From an uncultured Candidatus Saccharibacteria bacterium (lineage in GTDB: Bacteria; Patescibacteriota; Minisyncoccia; Phycocordibacterales; UBA9973), in contig CAZDGL010000005.1 of NCBI GenBank assembly GCA_964505155.1, positions 1-59,311 of the forward strand: a stretch of DNA of 59,311 nt, in the 5' to 3' direction. Under the pieces are notes generated by a model. The model was not told where the DNA came from. It worked only from the letters and a program-made list of their open reading frames with translations, and did not search any database. The translations under genes and the position numbers were made by a program. Position 1 is the first letter of the stretch; each line of letters starts with the position of its first letter. Positions 19,910 through 27,632 of this stretch are shown here, piece by piece.

Positions 19910-20150
19910 AGTTAGTTTGTTGCGATTAAGAATTATACAAAGAACTAAAAGAAATAAAAGGTTTCTTAATCAGGAGGCCAGTTTACAACAAACAGCTAAA
20001 GCAATAAGGGCGTGTCTGGATGATTTCCTCAGCCACCATAGCTAAGTTACACCTACAAGCTCGTGCCTTTTGCGTAATCGCCTATTTACTATTTTCCAAC
20101 AGTTTAGACGCGAAACTTTGAATGAAAGGCCATTCAAAAATCATCTTATA

Positions 20151-20531
20151 CTATTTCCTATTTTTATCAAGAAATCTCTGAAGTATTATTGCGGCGGCAC
20201 TATCATCCCTATCCCCTCTGTCTGTTTGATATCTATGTGCCTCTACTGAAGAAAATCCTTCTCTTTCAAAAAAGACCTCTAAACAGGTTTGTTCTTTGAG
20301 TTTTTCAGCAAAAGCTTTTGAGGCTTCTAAGATAATATTGCTCTCCCCACTATTTGCCAGCGACTCTCCTATGACAATAGCACTGATGTTTTCTTCTTTA
20401 GCTAAAACCTTAATGAAATCTAAGGCTTCCCCTAAAGGAACTATTTTTTTTGGAAAGGCAAAAGAAGCTTCTTCATCAGAAATAGCAATCCCTACCTTTT
20501 TTGTTCCAAAATCTACCCCTAGATATCTCAT
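20151..20531 (-). CDS. ruvX: YqgF/RuvX family nuclease
   Basis: MRYLGVDFGTKKVGIAISD, DDSAAAIILQRFLD; ATG at 20531. Confidence 0.93.
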   Translation of the reverse strand: MRYLGVDFGTKKVGIAISDEEASFAFPKKIVPLGEALDFIKVLAKEENISAIVIGESLANSGESNIILEASKAFAEKLKEQTCLEVFFEREGFSSVEAHRYQTDRGDRDDSAAAIILQRFLDKNRK

Positions 20532-20608
20532 AGAGATTAGATTATCACAAAGATTGAAAAAAAGCGCTTGTTGTGGTAAATTCATGCTGTTCCAACAAAC
20601 ACATACAC

Positions 20609-20693
20609 GGAGGTGTCGCATAGTGGTTTAGTGCACCTGTCTTGAAAACAGGAGTACCGCAAGGTACCGGGAGTTCGAATCCCCCCACCTCCG
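20609..20693 (+). tRNA. tRNA-Ser (UGA)
   Basis: GGAGGTG acceptor; CCTGT-CTTGAAA-ACAGG; long variable arm GTACCGCAAGGTAC. Confidence 0.96.
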
Positions 20694-20754
20694 CTAGTAA
20701 TTTTATAAATTAAACAAAAAATTGTTTAGGTGCTAAAAAGAAATTCAGACTTAT

Positions 20755-21360
20755 ATGATTTTATTAAAAGGATTATTACTTGGATTTCTAATCGCTGCTC
20801 CTATTGGTCCAATCGGGGTTCTTTGTATTCAGCGTACTTTAAATAAGGGAAGGTTTTCAGGTTTTGTATCTGGTTTGGGTGCCGCAACCGCAGATGCATT
20901 TTACGGAGCAGTAGCTGCTTTTGGATTATCTATAATTTCTAATTTTCTTATTGAGCAACAACTTATTCTTCGCCTCGTTGGTGGAGCATTTTTGTTATAT
21001 TTTGGCGTTAAATCTTTTTACTCAAAAACAAAAGAGTTTAATATAAACATGAATACTAACACAAAATTAGCTAGTGATTATCTTTCTACTGTTTTTCTAA
21101 CAATGACAAATCCTATGACTATTATTTCTTTTATTGCCGTGTTTACAGGAACTGGCTTTTTAACAGGGAGCCTTAGATCAGCATCTCTTTTGGTGGTCGG
21201 AGTCTTTTTAGGCTCAGCTCTATGGTGGCTAACTTTAAGTTTAGGTGTTGGATGGATCAAATCAAAAATAAATAATTTCTCTCTAAATACATTAAATAAG
21301 GTTTCGGGAATAGTTATTATTATCTTTGCTTTGTTAATTTTATTTGAGATATTCAAATAA
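20755..21360 (+). CDS. LysE family translocator
   Basis: APIGPIGVLCIQRTL, GLGAATADAFY, TMTNPMTIISF. Confidence 0.92.
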   Translation: MILLKGLLLGFLIAAPIGPIGVLCIQRTLNKGRFSGFVSGLGAATADAFYGAVAAFGLSIISNFLIEQQLILRLVGGAFLLYFGVKSFYSKTKEFNINMNTNTKLASDYLSTVFLTMTNPMTIISFIAVFTGTGFLTGSLRSASLLVVGVFLGSALWWLTLSLGVGWIKSKINNFSLNTLNKVSGIVIIIFALLILFEIFK

Positions 21361-21444
21361 TCATACATAAACCTTCAGATAAATTCGACCAATTATAATT
21401 AACTTTGCTATACTAAAACCATAATAATAATTAATTTTGTATTT

Positions 21445-21756
21445 ATGAATCAGAAATTGAAGGGTTTTATGGATTTTATTAGAGAACAAGGCGTAGTCGG
21501 GCTTGCTGTTGGTTTCATCCTTGGAGGTGCAGTTGCCAAGATAGTTTCTTCTTTGGTAGAGAACGTCATCAACCCTCTAGTGGGCCTTGCTCTTGGCAAG
21601 GTTGATCTCGCTGACAAAGCTGTAACTATGGGTGGCACAACACTTAAGTATGGCGCCTTTATCTCTACTCTTGTGGACTTTGTAATCATCGCAGCTGTTG
21701 TTTATTTTGGGGTCAAAGCTCTCGGACTAGACAAGCTTGATAAAAAATCAGAATAA
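21445..21756 (+). CDS. mscL: Large-conductance mechanosensitive channel
   Basis: GFMDFIREQGVVGLAVGFILGGA..KIVSSLV..VINP, YGAFIS..VDF. Confidence 0.93.
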   Translation: MNQKLKGFMDFIREQGVVGLAVGFILGGAVAKIVSSLVENVINPLVGLALGKVDLADKAVTMGGTTLKYGAFISTLVDFVIIAAVVYFGVKALGLDKLDKKSE

Positions 21757-21764
21757 CTTTTGAT

Positions 21765-21793
21765 AAAAGCCTCGCGTCAAATGCGAGGCTTTT
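21765..21793 (+). terminator. Terminator after mscL
   Basis: AAAAGCCTCGC-N7-GCGAGGCTTTT. Confidence 0.75.
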
Positions 21794-21809
21794 ATGTTAC
21801 AATTTAAAA

Positions 21810-22265
21810 ATGAAACCAGTATCTTGGAAAACGCTAGAATTTCAAAAAAAGAACAGGCATCCTGATTGGGTTTGGGGAGTAGGACTCATATCTGCCCTAT
21901 CTGCTATAGTCTCGTTTTTCTATGGCAACATTTTCTTTGGTATTTTTCTAATAGTTGCAGGTGTAGTGACTATTATCTATGCCTTCAAAGATCCAAAAGA
22001 GTTAGAAATAACTATCTCCGAAAAAGGCATCTCTATCAATGGTGAAGACATAGAATACAAAAACATAAATGCTTTTTGGCTTGACGAAACTGGGAAAGAA
22101 GCTAAGCTATTACTGCTCGTCAAAGGATCTTTTCTCCCAACTCTTTCCTTTCCTCTCTTTGGGGTCAGTGCTACTGAGGTTCGGGAAGCTTTGGCGCCAA
22201 ATGTAAAAGAGCAAGAAATGCGTGAATCAAGGAGCATAGCACTGTTTGACCGCCTCGGATTCTAA
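21810..22265 (+). CDS. Hypothetical 2-TM membrane protein with a PH-like soluble domain
   Basis: W..LEF, two TM helices, ITISEKGISING..I.Y; TACAAT 6 nt before the ATG. Confidence 0.8.
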   Translation: MKPVSWKTLEFQKKNRHPDWVWGVGLISALSAIVSFFYGNIFFGIFLIVAGVVTIIYAFKDPKELEITISEKGISINGEDIEYKNINAFWLDETGKEAKLLLLVKGSFLPTLSFPLFGVSATEVREALAPNVKEQEMRESRSIALFDRLGF

Positions 22266-22270
22266 ATATT

Positions 22271-22342
22271 CCTCTCGTCGTTCAATGGATAGGACGCAAC
22301 TTTGCGGAAGTTGTGATGTAGGTTCGATTCCTACCGAGAGGA
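22271..22342 (+). tRNA. tRNA-Arg (GCG)
   Basis: CCTCTCG/CGAGAGG acceptor; CAACT-TTGCGGA-AGTTG; GGTTCGATTCC. Confidence 0.93.
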
Positions 22343-22536
22343 CAATGTAAATGGCCCCCACTTGGGGGCTTTTTACATTGTCCTCGAGAATGAGCAAACT
22401 GCTTTGCTCATGTGTAGGAATCGAACGACGGAGTCATATTTTCTCATCAGAGAAAATAGACGAGTCGGTGCCCAGACCTTTTGCGAGAGCAAAAGAGTCG
22501 AGGGAGATAAACGAAGTGGTCCTACCGAGAGGACAA
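22343..22536 (+). mobile_element. tRNA-associated hairpin-rich element, copy at tRNA-Arg(GCG)
   Basis: Core shared with the His copy; inverted copy of the tRNA 3' end, and a 17-bp direct repeat TCCTACCGAGAGGACAA (22329-22345 = 22520-22536). Confidence 0.85.
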
Positions 22537-22595
22537 GTGAGTCTCAAAGAAAGCTTGCTTTCGTTTGAGCGAACGCGGACTCTCGAAAAACTCTA

Positions 22596-23123
22596 CTAAG
22601 ATGCTTCGTATAAATCTACCGAATAAGACCCGCACCAATTCAAAGAATTGTTGAAATAAAAGGTATAATTCTTAACCCCGCAAGACAATGGGTTGTTTGA
22701 TGCTTCAAACTTTGTTGTTAGATCGTATTGTGAAGGATAAACATAGCGCCCAACATTACCATAAGTATAAGTAAATTCATTTACTGTCCAAGGGTGTGTC
22801 CCTACATTTTTTGGATCAATAGGAAGAGATGCTATATAAGGACTGAGGTAAGATGCAAAGGTTGTTGACCACTCGGGTGTATTGCTTGAGAAGTATCCAT
22901 TACAATCATAACCACAAGGTCCTGGAGGATAATAACCATTTTCACTATAGTAAAGTTCGAGTGCGATTCTTATTTGATGTAAAGCATTAATTCTCTGTGA
23001 ATCTCTAGCCTTTGCTCGAGAAGTATTGATCGAGACCAAAACAACACTAGCAATGAGACCGATTATTGCGAAGACGGTTAGTAACTCAAGTAGCGTAAAC
23101 CCTTTAGAGAGATTTTTTTTCAT
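22596..23123 (-). CDS. Type IV pilin / GspG-like prepilin
   Basis: KGFTLLELLTVFAIIGLIA class III signal, ARDSQR, ALELYY, LPIDP; ATG at 23123. Confidence 0.92.
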   Translation of the reverse strand: MKKNLSKGFTLLELLTVFAIIGLIASVVLVSINTSRAKARDSQRINALHQIRIALELYYSENGYYPPGPCGYDCNGYFSSNTPEWSTTFASYLSPYIASLPIDPKNVGTHPWTVNEFTYTYGNVGRYVYPSQYDLTTKFEASNNPLSCGVKNYTFYFNNSLNWCGSYSVDLYEAS

Positions 23124-23187
23124 AGTAATCACTTCAAGTATTATAACCCCTTTTTTATGCCGTACACAACAAAAAATTTGAGTATTG

Positions 23188-23472
23188 CTACAGTTCGACA
23201 CCTTTGGCAAACTCAGGGCAAGCCCACTCCTTCAGTTCCTGATATTTGACTTCCCCACAAAGCCATTTCTTGGTCTCGGTATCATAGTAAAAAGGTAGGC
23301 CCCCACAAGCATCGTCTGTGTCCCACTCTTTAACCATCGCCATATTGTCTTTGTTATGCCAAACTTCTTTGCGAATGATTTTGACATTGGGAAACTCCTT
23401 CATTAGTTTTTCAGTGAGCTTGAGCATCTTTTGACAATGCGGACACTCTTCTCCATAAAATTCGTATAACAT
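23188..23472 (-). CDS. Thioredoxin/glutaredoxin-fold protein
   Basis: FYGEECPHC motif, GGLPF. Confidence 0.85.
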   Translation of the reverse strand: MLYEFYGEECPHCQKMLKLTEKLMKEFPNVKIIRKEVWHNKDNMAMVKEWDTDDACGGLPFYYDTETKKWLCGEVKYQELKEWACPEFAKGVEL

Positions 23473-23510
23473 AAGTGGGTTTTAGTTTATAGTTGCTAGT
23501 TTGTAGATTA

Positions 23511-23545
23511 TAACAGAAAAACACCTCACGGTGTTTTTCTGTTAT
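23511..23545. terminator. Terminator-like hairpin
   Basis: TAACAGAAAAAACACC-TCAC-GGTGTTTTTCTGTTA. Confidence 0.65.
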
Positions 23546-23574
23546 TTCTAAGCGAGGGGGGTCGTAATATTGTT

Positions 23575-23721
23575 TTTGCACCGAGAACTCGATTTTTCAA
23601 AAGCGAGTACAAAAATACTACAATATAAAATCTGTGTTTCGCAGGGCGACTGGCCCGAGAAGCAGCAATCCGCCACCAGGCGGATATGCGACAGATTTTA
23701 TATTGTAGTATTTTTTACGAG
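23575..23721. repeat. Long inverted-repeat element after rpsT
   Basis: Perfect 25-bp arms 23611-23635 / 23691-23715 around a GC-rich core containing ATCCGCC-ACCA-GGCGGAT. Confidence 0.7.
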
Positions 23722-23724
23722 CGA

Positions 23725-23985
23725 CTATTTCTCTTTCGCTGTCTTAGACAATAGCGCCTTCTTGCGAGCAGCGGTGTTTTTCTTTATAACACCCTTTTTG
23801 ACGGCCTTATCGATAGCACTATAACCTTCAGAGATAGAAGCTTTAGCATCTTTCCATTTTTTGGCTACTGCAAGCTTTTGAGTGTTTTTGATAGCTTCTT
23901 TAAAGTTCTTTTTGACACGGTCGTTTACCGCTTTCTTTTTAAGCGAACTTCTTAGGGCTTTTTTTGCATTTCTGGTGATTGGCAT
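23725..23985 (-). CDS. rpsT: 30S ribosomal protein S20
   Basis: MPITRNAKKALR, AIDKAVKKGVIKKNTAARKK. Confidence 0.97.
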   Translation of the reverse strand: MPITRNAKKALRSSLKKKAVNDRVKKNFKEAIKNTQKLAVAKKWKDAKASISEGYSAIDKAVKKGVIKKNTAARKKALLSKTAKEK

Positions 23986-24070
23986 ATGTGACGAAGACTA
24001 TATCAACAAAACGCCAAAATAGCAATAGTTGCTACCCCAAAGCCCCCTTGTTTGGTATTATGTCAGTATA

Positions 24071-24619
24071 ATGATCGCTCAAATCTCTGGAAAAATCATA
24101 GAACAGAAAGATAAGGAAATAGTCCTCGATGTTGGAGGTATTGGTTACTGTGTTTTTACAAACTATACAAATCTTGATACTAGTGAAAAAATCACTCTTT
24201 ACACACACCTTGTTATCAAAGATGATGCTCACGAACTTTATGGATTTCAAAACAAAGAAGAGCGAGATTTGTTTCGAGTACTCATAAGTGTAAGTGGTGT
24301 CGGACCCAAGACTGCTCTCCAAATGCTCACTTTATACTCTCTCCCCGACTTGGTGCGCATCATAAAAAGCGGAGATGCCAAAGCAATCGCTCTTGTACCT
24401 GGTATCGGCAAAAAAACCTCTGAAAAGGTGGTTATAGATCTTAAAGACAAAGTAGATGCTTTTTCAAGCTCAAGCGCAAAAGCAAGTACTGACCTTGTCG
24501 AAGCGCTCCTGTCTCTTGGCTACAAAGATATTCAAATAAGAAACGTGCTTCCTTTAGTGGATGAAAAACTAGCCATAGAAAAACAAATAACTGAAGCACT
24601 TAGATTGATCCAAAAGTAA
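24071..24619 (+). CDS. ruvA: Holliday junction branch migration protein RuvA
   Basis: DVGGIGY, LYGF...EERDLF..L.SVSGVGPK, PGIGKKTSEK, ALLSLGY; ATG at 24071. Confidence 0.96.
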   Translation: MIAQISGKIIEQKDKEIVLDVGGIGYCVFTNYTNLDTSEKITLYTHLVIKDDAHELYGFQNKEERDLFRVLISVSGVGPKTALQMLTLYSLPDLVRIIKSGDAKAIALVPGIGKKTSEKVVIDLKDKVDAFSSSSAKASTDLVEALLSLGYKDIQIRNVLPLVDEKLAIEKQITEALRLIQK

Positions 24620-24620
24620 T

Positions 24621-25544
24621 ATGCCTGAACTTCCTGAAGTCCAAACAACAGTCAACGGAATCAACCAAAAAGCCAAAAATCAAAGGATTGTTGATGTTTG
24701 GACTGATTTGGCCGTACCTAACCCTATAAAACAATTCATTGGAACAATAAAAGATGAGGGTTTCTTTAAATCTTTTAAAAAGATTGTTAAAAATACAAAA
24801 ATACTAAAAGCTGAGAGAAGGGCAAAAAATATACTCATTCATTTAAATAATGGTTACACAATACTAGTCCACATGAAAATGACCGGGCATATGATGTATG
24901 GGAGATATGATTTTGATAAAAATCAAAAAAAATGGGCACCTCACAAAGGCGAAAAAAATGAGGCTCTTCGAGATCCCTACAATAGATTCATTCACTTTGT
25001 TTTGTCTTTTGAAAATGATAAAAACTTAGTCTTATCTGACGTTAGAAAATTTGCCAAAGTAGCCTTGATAAAAACTCCAGAGGTTTTTGACTCTATCCAC
25101 CTAAAACACCATGGACCTGAGCCCTTAAGTGAAAATTTTAGCCTGGAAGATTTCCAAAAAAGAATTTCCAAAAAACCAAATGGCTTTATCAAGCAAGTCT
25201 TACTTGATCCCAAAATAGTCTCAGGTATAGGCAATATATACGGCGATGAACTTCTTTGGGAAGCAGGAGTTCATCCGCTACGCAAAGTAAAAGATGTAAA
25301 TAAAAAGGAATTTGCCTTGATGTACAAAGCTATGAAAAATGTACTTCAAAAAGGTATAGATTTTGGTGGAGACTCTATGAGTGACTACCGAGATATAGAC
25401 GGCAAAAGAGGGGCCTTTCAAAATGACCACAACGCTTATAGGCTCACAGGAAAACCTTGTAAAAAAAGAGGTTGTAAAGGAAAAATAGAAAGAATCTTGG
25501 TAGGTGCTCGCAGTGCGCACTTTTGTAGTATTCATCAGAAATAA
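24621..25544 (+). CDS. mutM: Formamidopyrimidine-DNA glycosylase
   Basis: MPELPEV, HMKMTG, D.RKF, GIGNIY.DE, C-terminal zinc finger. Confidence 0.96.
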   Translation: MPELPEVQTTVNGINQKAKNQRIVDVWTDLAVPNPIKQFIGTIKDEGFFKSFKKIVKNTKILKAERRAKNILIHLNNGYTILVHMKMTGHMMYGRYDFDKNQKKWAPHKGEKNEALRDPYNRFIHFVLSFENDKNLVLSDVRKFAKVALIKTPEVFDSIHLKHHGPEPLSENFSLEDFQKRISKKPNGFIKQVLLDPKIVSGIGNIYGDELLWEAGVHPLRKVKDVNKKEFALMYKAMKNVLQKGIDFGGDSMSDYRDIDGKRGAFQNDHNAYRLTGKPCKKRGCKGKIERILVGARSAHFCSIHQK

Positions 25545-25675
25545 CTAAGAAAACACAGTGCATACAAAAATATAACTTGCGCAGGCTGACTGAGCCGAGC
25601 AGGAACAAAAATCTACCAAGATTTTATGTGTTTATATTTTTGTATGCACTGTGTTTTCGGTGTTACAATATAATC

Positions 25676-25843
25676 ATGGATGAACTAAAATGGTTTTTAT
25701 ATGCTTTCTTTGGTCTTTGGATTTTATGGCTAATAACTGGCGGACCAGGCCGTTTTGAAAACAGAAACAGAGAGCTCCTCGAGCAACCTTCCCCTATTGA
25801 AGGCGGTAGACCTTACACAATAAAAGAACTACGAAATAAGTAA
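25676..25843 (+). CDS. Small single-TM protein (55 aa)
   Basis: MDELKWFLYAFFGLWILWLITGGP; TACAAT 6 nt before ATG 25676. Confidence 0.65.
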   Translation: MDELKWFLYAFFGLWILWLITGGPGRFENRNRELLEQPSPIEGGRPYTIKELRNK

Positions 25844-25847
25844 GTTT

Positions 25848-26324
25848 TTATTTATTTAATATCCTAAACATAGCTACAGGACCTGCAACAGAAACATTTA
25901 GTGATTCTTTTTCTCCAGCCATTGGTATTTCTACGACAACATCTACGTTTTCCAAAACTTCTTTTGATAAACCTTCTACTTCATTACCTAAAACAAAAGC
26001 TGTTTTTTGTGAAGCTGAAAAACTTTTATAATCAACAGAATTTTCAGATTGTTCAATAGCAACAATCTGGTATCCTTGCAATTTCAATGTTTCAAAAAGA
26101 TCAAATATATCTTGATATTGCTCCCAGGGTATATTTTTTTCAGCCCCAAGAGCTGTCTTGGCGATATCGCTCCTATCTCTACCAAATCTATCAAGAGGAG
26201 CAGGAGTGATAGCGCTCAAAAATATCTTGGAAATCCCAAGAGCATCACAGGAACGAAAAAGAGAGCCTACGTTTTGGGCACTTCTAATATTGTGAAGTAT
26301 TAGAATATAAGGGATTGCTTGCAT
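25848..26324 (-). CDS. SpoU/TrmH family RNA methyltransferase
   Basis: HNIRSAQNVGSLFR, VLGNEVEG, EIPM.G.KESLNVSVA. Confidence 0.93.
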   Translation of the reverse strand: MQAIPYILILHNIRSAQNVGSLFRSCDALGISKIFLSAITPAPLDRFGRDRSDIAKTALGAEKNIPWEQYQDIFDLFETLKLQGYQIVAIEQSENSVDYKSFSASQKTAFVLGNEVEGLSKEVLENVDVVVEIPMAGEKESLNVSVAGPVAMFRILNK

Positions 26325-26438
26325 ATGCCCTTCATGGTATAGTTTTTTTGCATTTTTGCAATTATGCGCTTTTAGCTAAGCTGTAGCGGCTCCACGTGCA
26401 ACAAACCATATACAGCAAAAATGATTGAAATAAAATAT

Positions 26439-26511
26439 GCGCTTATAGCTCAGCTGGTAGAGCAGCTCCCTTTTAAGGAGACGGTCGCAGGTTCGAATCC
26501 TGCTAAGCGCA
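26439..26511 (+). tRNA. tRNA-Lys (UUU)
   Basis: GCGCTTATAGCTCAGCTGGTAGAGC; loop CTTTTAA; GGTTCGAATCC. Confidence 0.96.
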
Positions 26512-26708
26512 CAAAATACAAAAGACACCAACTGCTTGGTGTCTTTTGTATTTTGTGCGAGCCGGAACGATGCTTTTGTTTTTGCGAAGCAAAAGGCAAA
26601 AGCCGTGAGGCGGGGTCGCAAGTACTTATGAGCCTGAGTTTATCGAAGGCGAATTAGTAACTTGTGACCTAATCCTGCCTTTACTTGTGACCACAAGGGG
26701 CGCTTAGC
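26508..26708 (+). mobile_element. tRNA-associated hairpin array, divergent relative of the His/Arg elements
   Basis: 22-bp-arm palindrome 26508-26559 with an AACTGCTT loop; distal AATCCTGC repeat of the T-arm and GCGCTTAGC inverted acceptor. Confidence 0.55.
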
Positions 26709-26737
26709 TAAAATGAAATATGTTATAATTTACACAT

Positions 26738-27106
26738 ATGAATAAATTTTTTCCTTGGATAGTTGGATTATTGGTTTTGGGCGGACTTACTGCTCTTTTG
26801 GTAGTACAAGCAAATAAGCCTGGAAAATATGACAATTTAGCACAATGTATCAACAACAGTGGTGCCAAGTTTTATGGCGCATTCTGGTGTCCTCACTGCC
26901 AAGCAACAAAGGCAATGTTTGGTAAATCAGCTAAGCTCCTTCCTTACGTTGAATGTTCTACTCCTGACGGAAAAGGTCAGCTCTCTATTTGTACAGAAAA
27001 AGATATCAAAGGATACCCTACCTGGATATTTAGTGATGGATCCCAACTTCAAGGAGAACAAACAATACAAGTATTAGCAGATAAGACATCTTGTCCTCTT
27101 AACTAA
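26738..27106 (+). CDS. Exported thioredoxin-fold (DsbA-like / VKOR-partner) oxidoreductase
   Basis: N-terminal TM, FYGAFWCPHC, YVEC, GYPTW. Confidence 0.88.
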   Translation: MNKFFPWIVGLLVLGGLTALLVVQANKPGKYDNLAQCINNSGAKFYGAFWCPHCQATKAMFGKSAKLLPYVECSTPDGKGQLSICTEKDIKGYPTWIFSDGSQLQGEQTIQVLADKTSCPLN

Positions 27107-27110
27107 CCTT

Positions 27111-27632
27111 ATGTTCTCTACCATAGTTGCCCTTGGTATTATTGCTTTACAGATTGGAATCGTTATTTTTATCGCTCTTTGGATTAGTAAATCAAACCTG
27201 CTTTTAAAAATCCAAGAAAAATCACACATCATCCTGGCGACAACTTTTATTGGTTCAGCTCTTGGAAGTCTTTTATATGAATACTCTCTTGGTTTTGAAC
27301 CGTGTTTGCTTTGTTGGTATCAAAGAATAGCTATATTTGGTATTGCAATTCTTTCCCTAACTGCCGATATAAGGAAAAGTGACACTCTCAAAAAACAAGT
27401 TTTTCTATTTTCTATCCTTGGCTTAGGTGTAGCAATTCTTCATAACTATATAGACCTAGTACCAAGCGGTCTTGATATTTGTGGTGCTGGACCAAGTTGT
27501 CTCAAACGCTATGTTTCTGAATTTGGTTATATCACTATACCAATGATGAGCTTTACTGTTTTATTGTCAGGAGCACTTCTCTCTGGGTCACTTTTGAAAA
27601 AACAAAAAGTAGATTCTACCCTTCCAAGATAA
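27111..27632 (+). CDS. dsbB: Disulfide bond formation protein DsbB/BdbC family
   Basis: FEPCLLCWYQRI, second Cys pair C.AGPSC, FGYITIP.MS; four TMs. Confidence 0.9.
   Translation: MFSTIVALGIIALQIGIVIFIALWISKSNLLLKIQEKSHIILATTFIGSALGSLLYEYSLGFEPCLLCWYQRIAIFGIAILSLTADIRKSDTLKKQVFLFSILGLGVAILHNYIDLVPSGLDICGAGPSCLKRYVSEFGYITIPMMSFTVLLSGALLSGSLLKKQKVDSTLPR

Noticed and set aside
20060-20140. c-di-GMP-I (GEMM) riboswitch suggested by CAAAG..GTCTAAA on the minus strand
   Set aside because: The conserved GGCAAACC...GAAA...GGGACGC core is absent
23570-23824. 84-aa plus-strand ORF
   Set aside because: Overlaps rpsT antisense and the inverted-repeat element; no protein-like features
15284-26657. Short ORFs over tRNAs or their trailing elements (15284-15466, 16641-16835, 22351-22599, 22362-22568, 26376-26621, 26421-26657)
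   Set aside because: Shadows of tRNA genes and GC-rich hairpin elements
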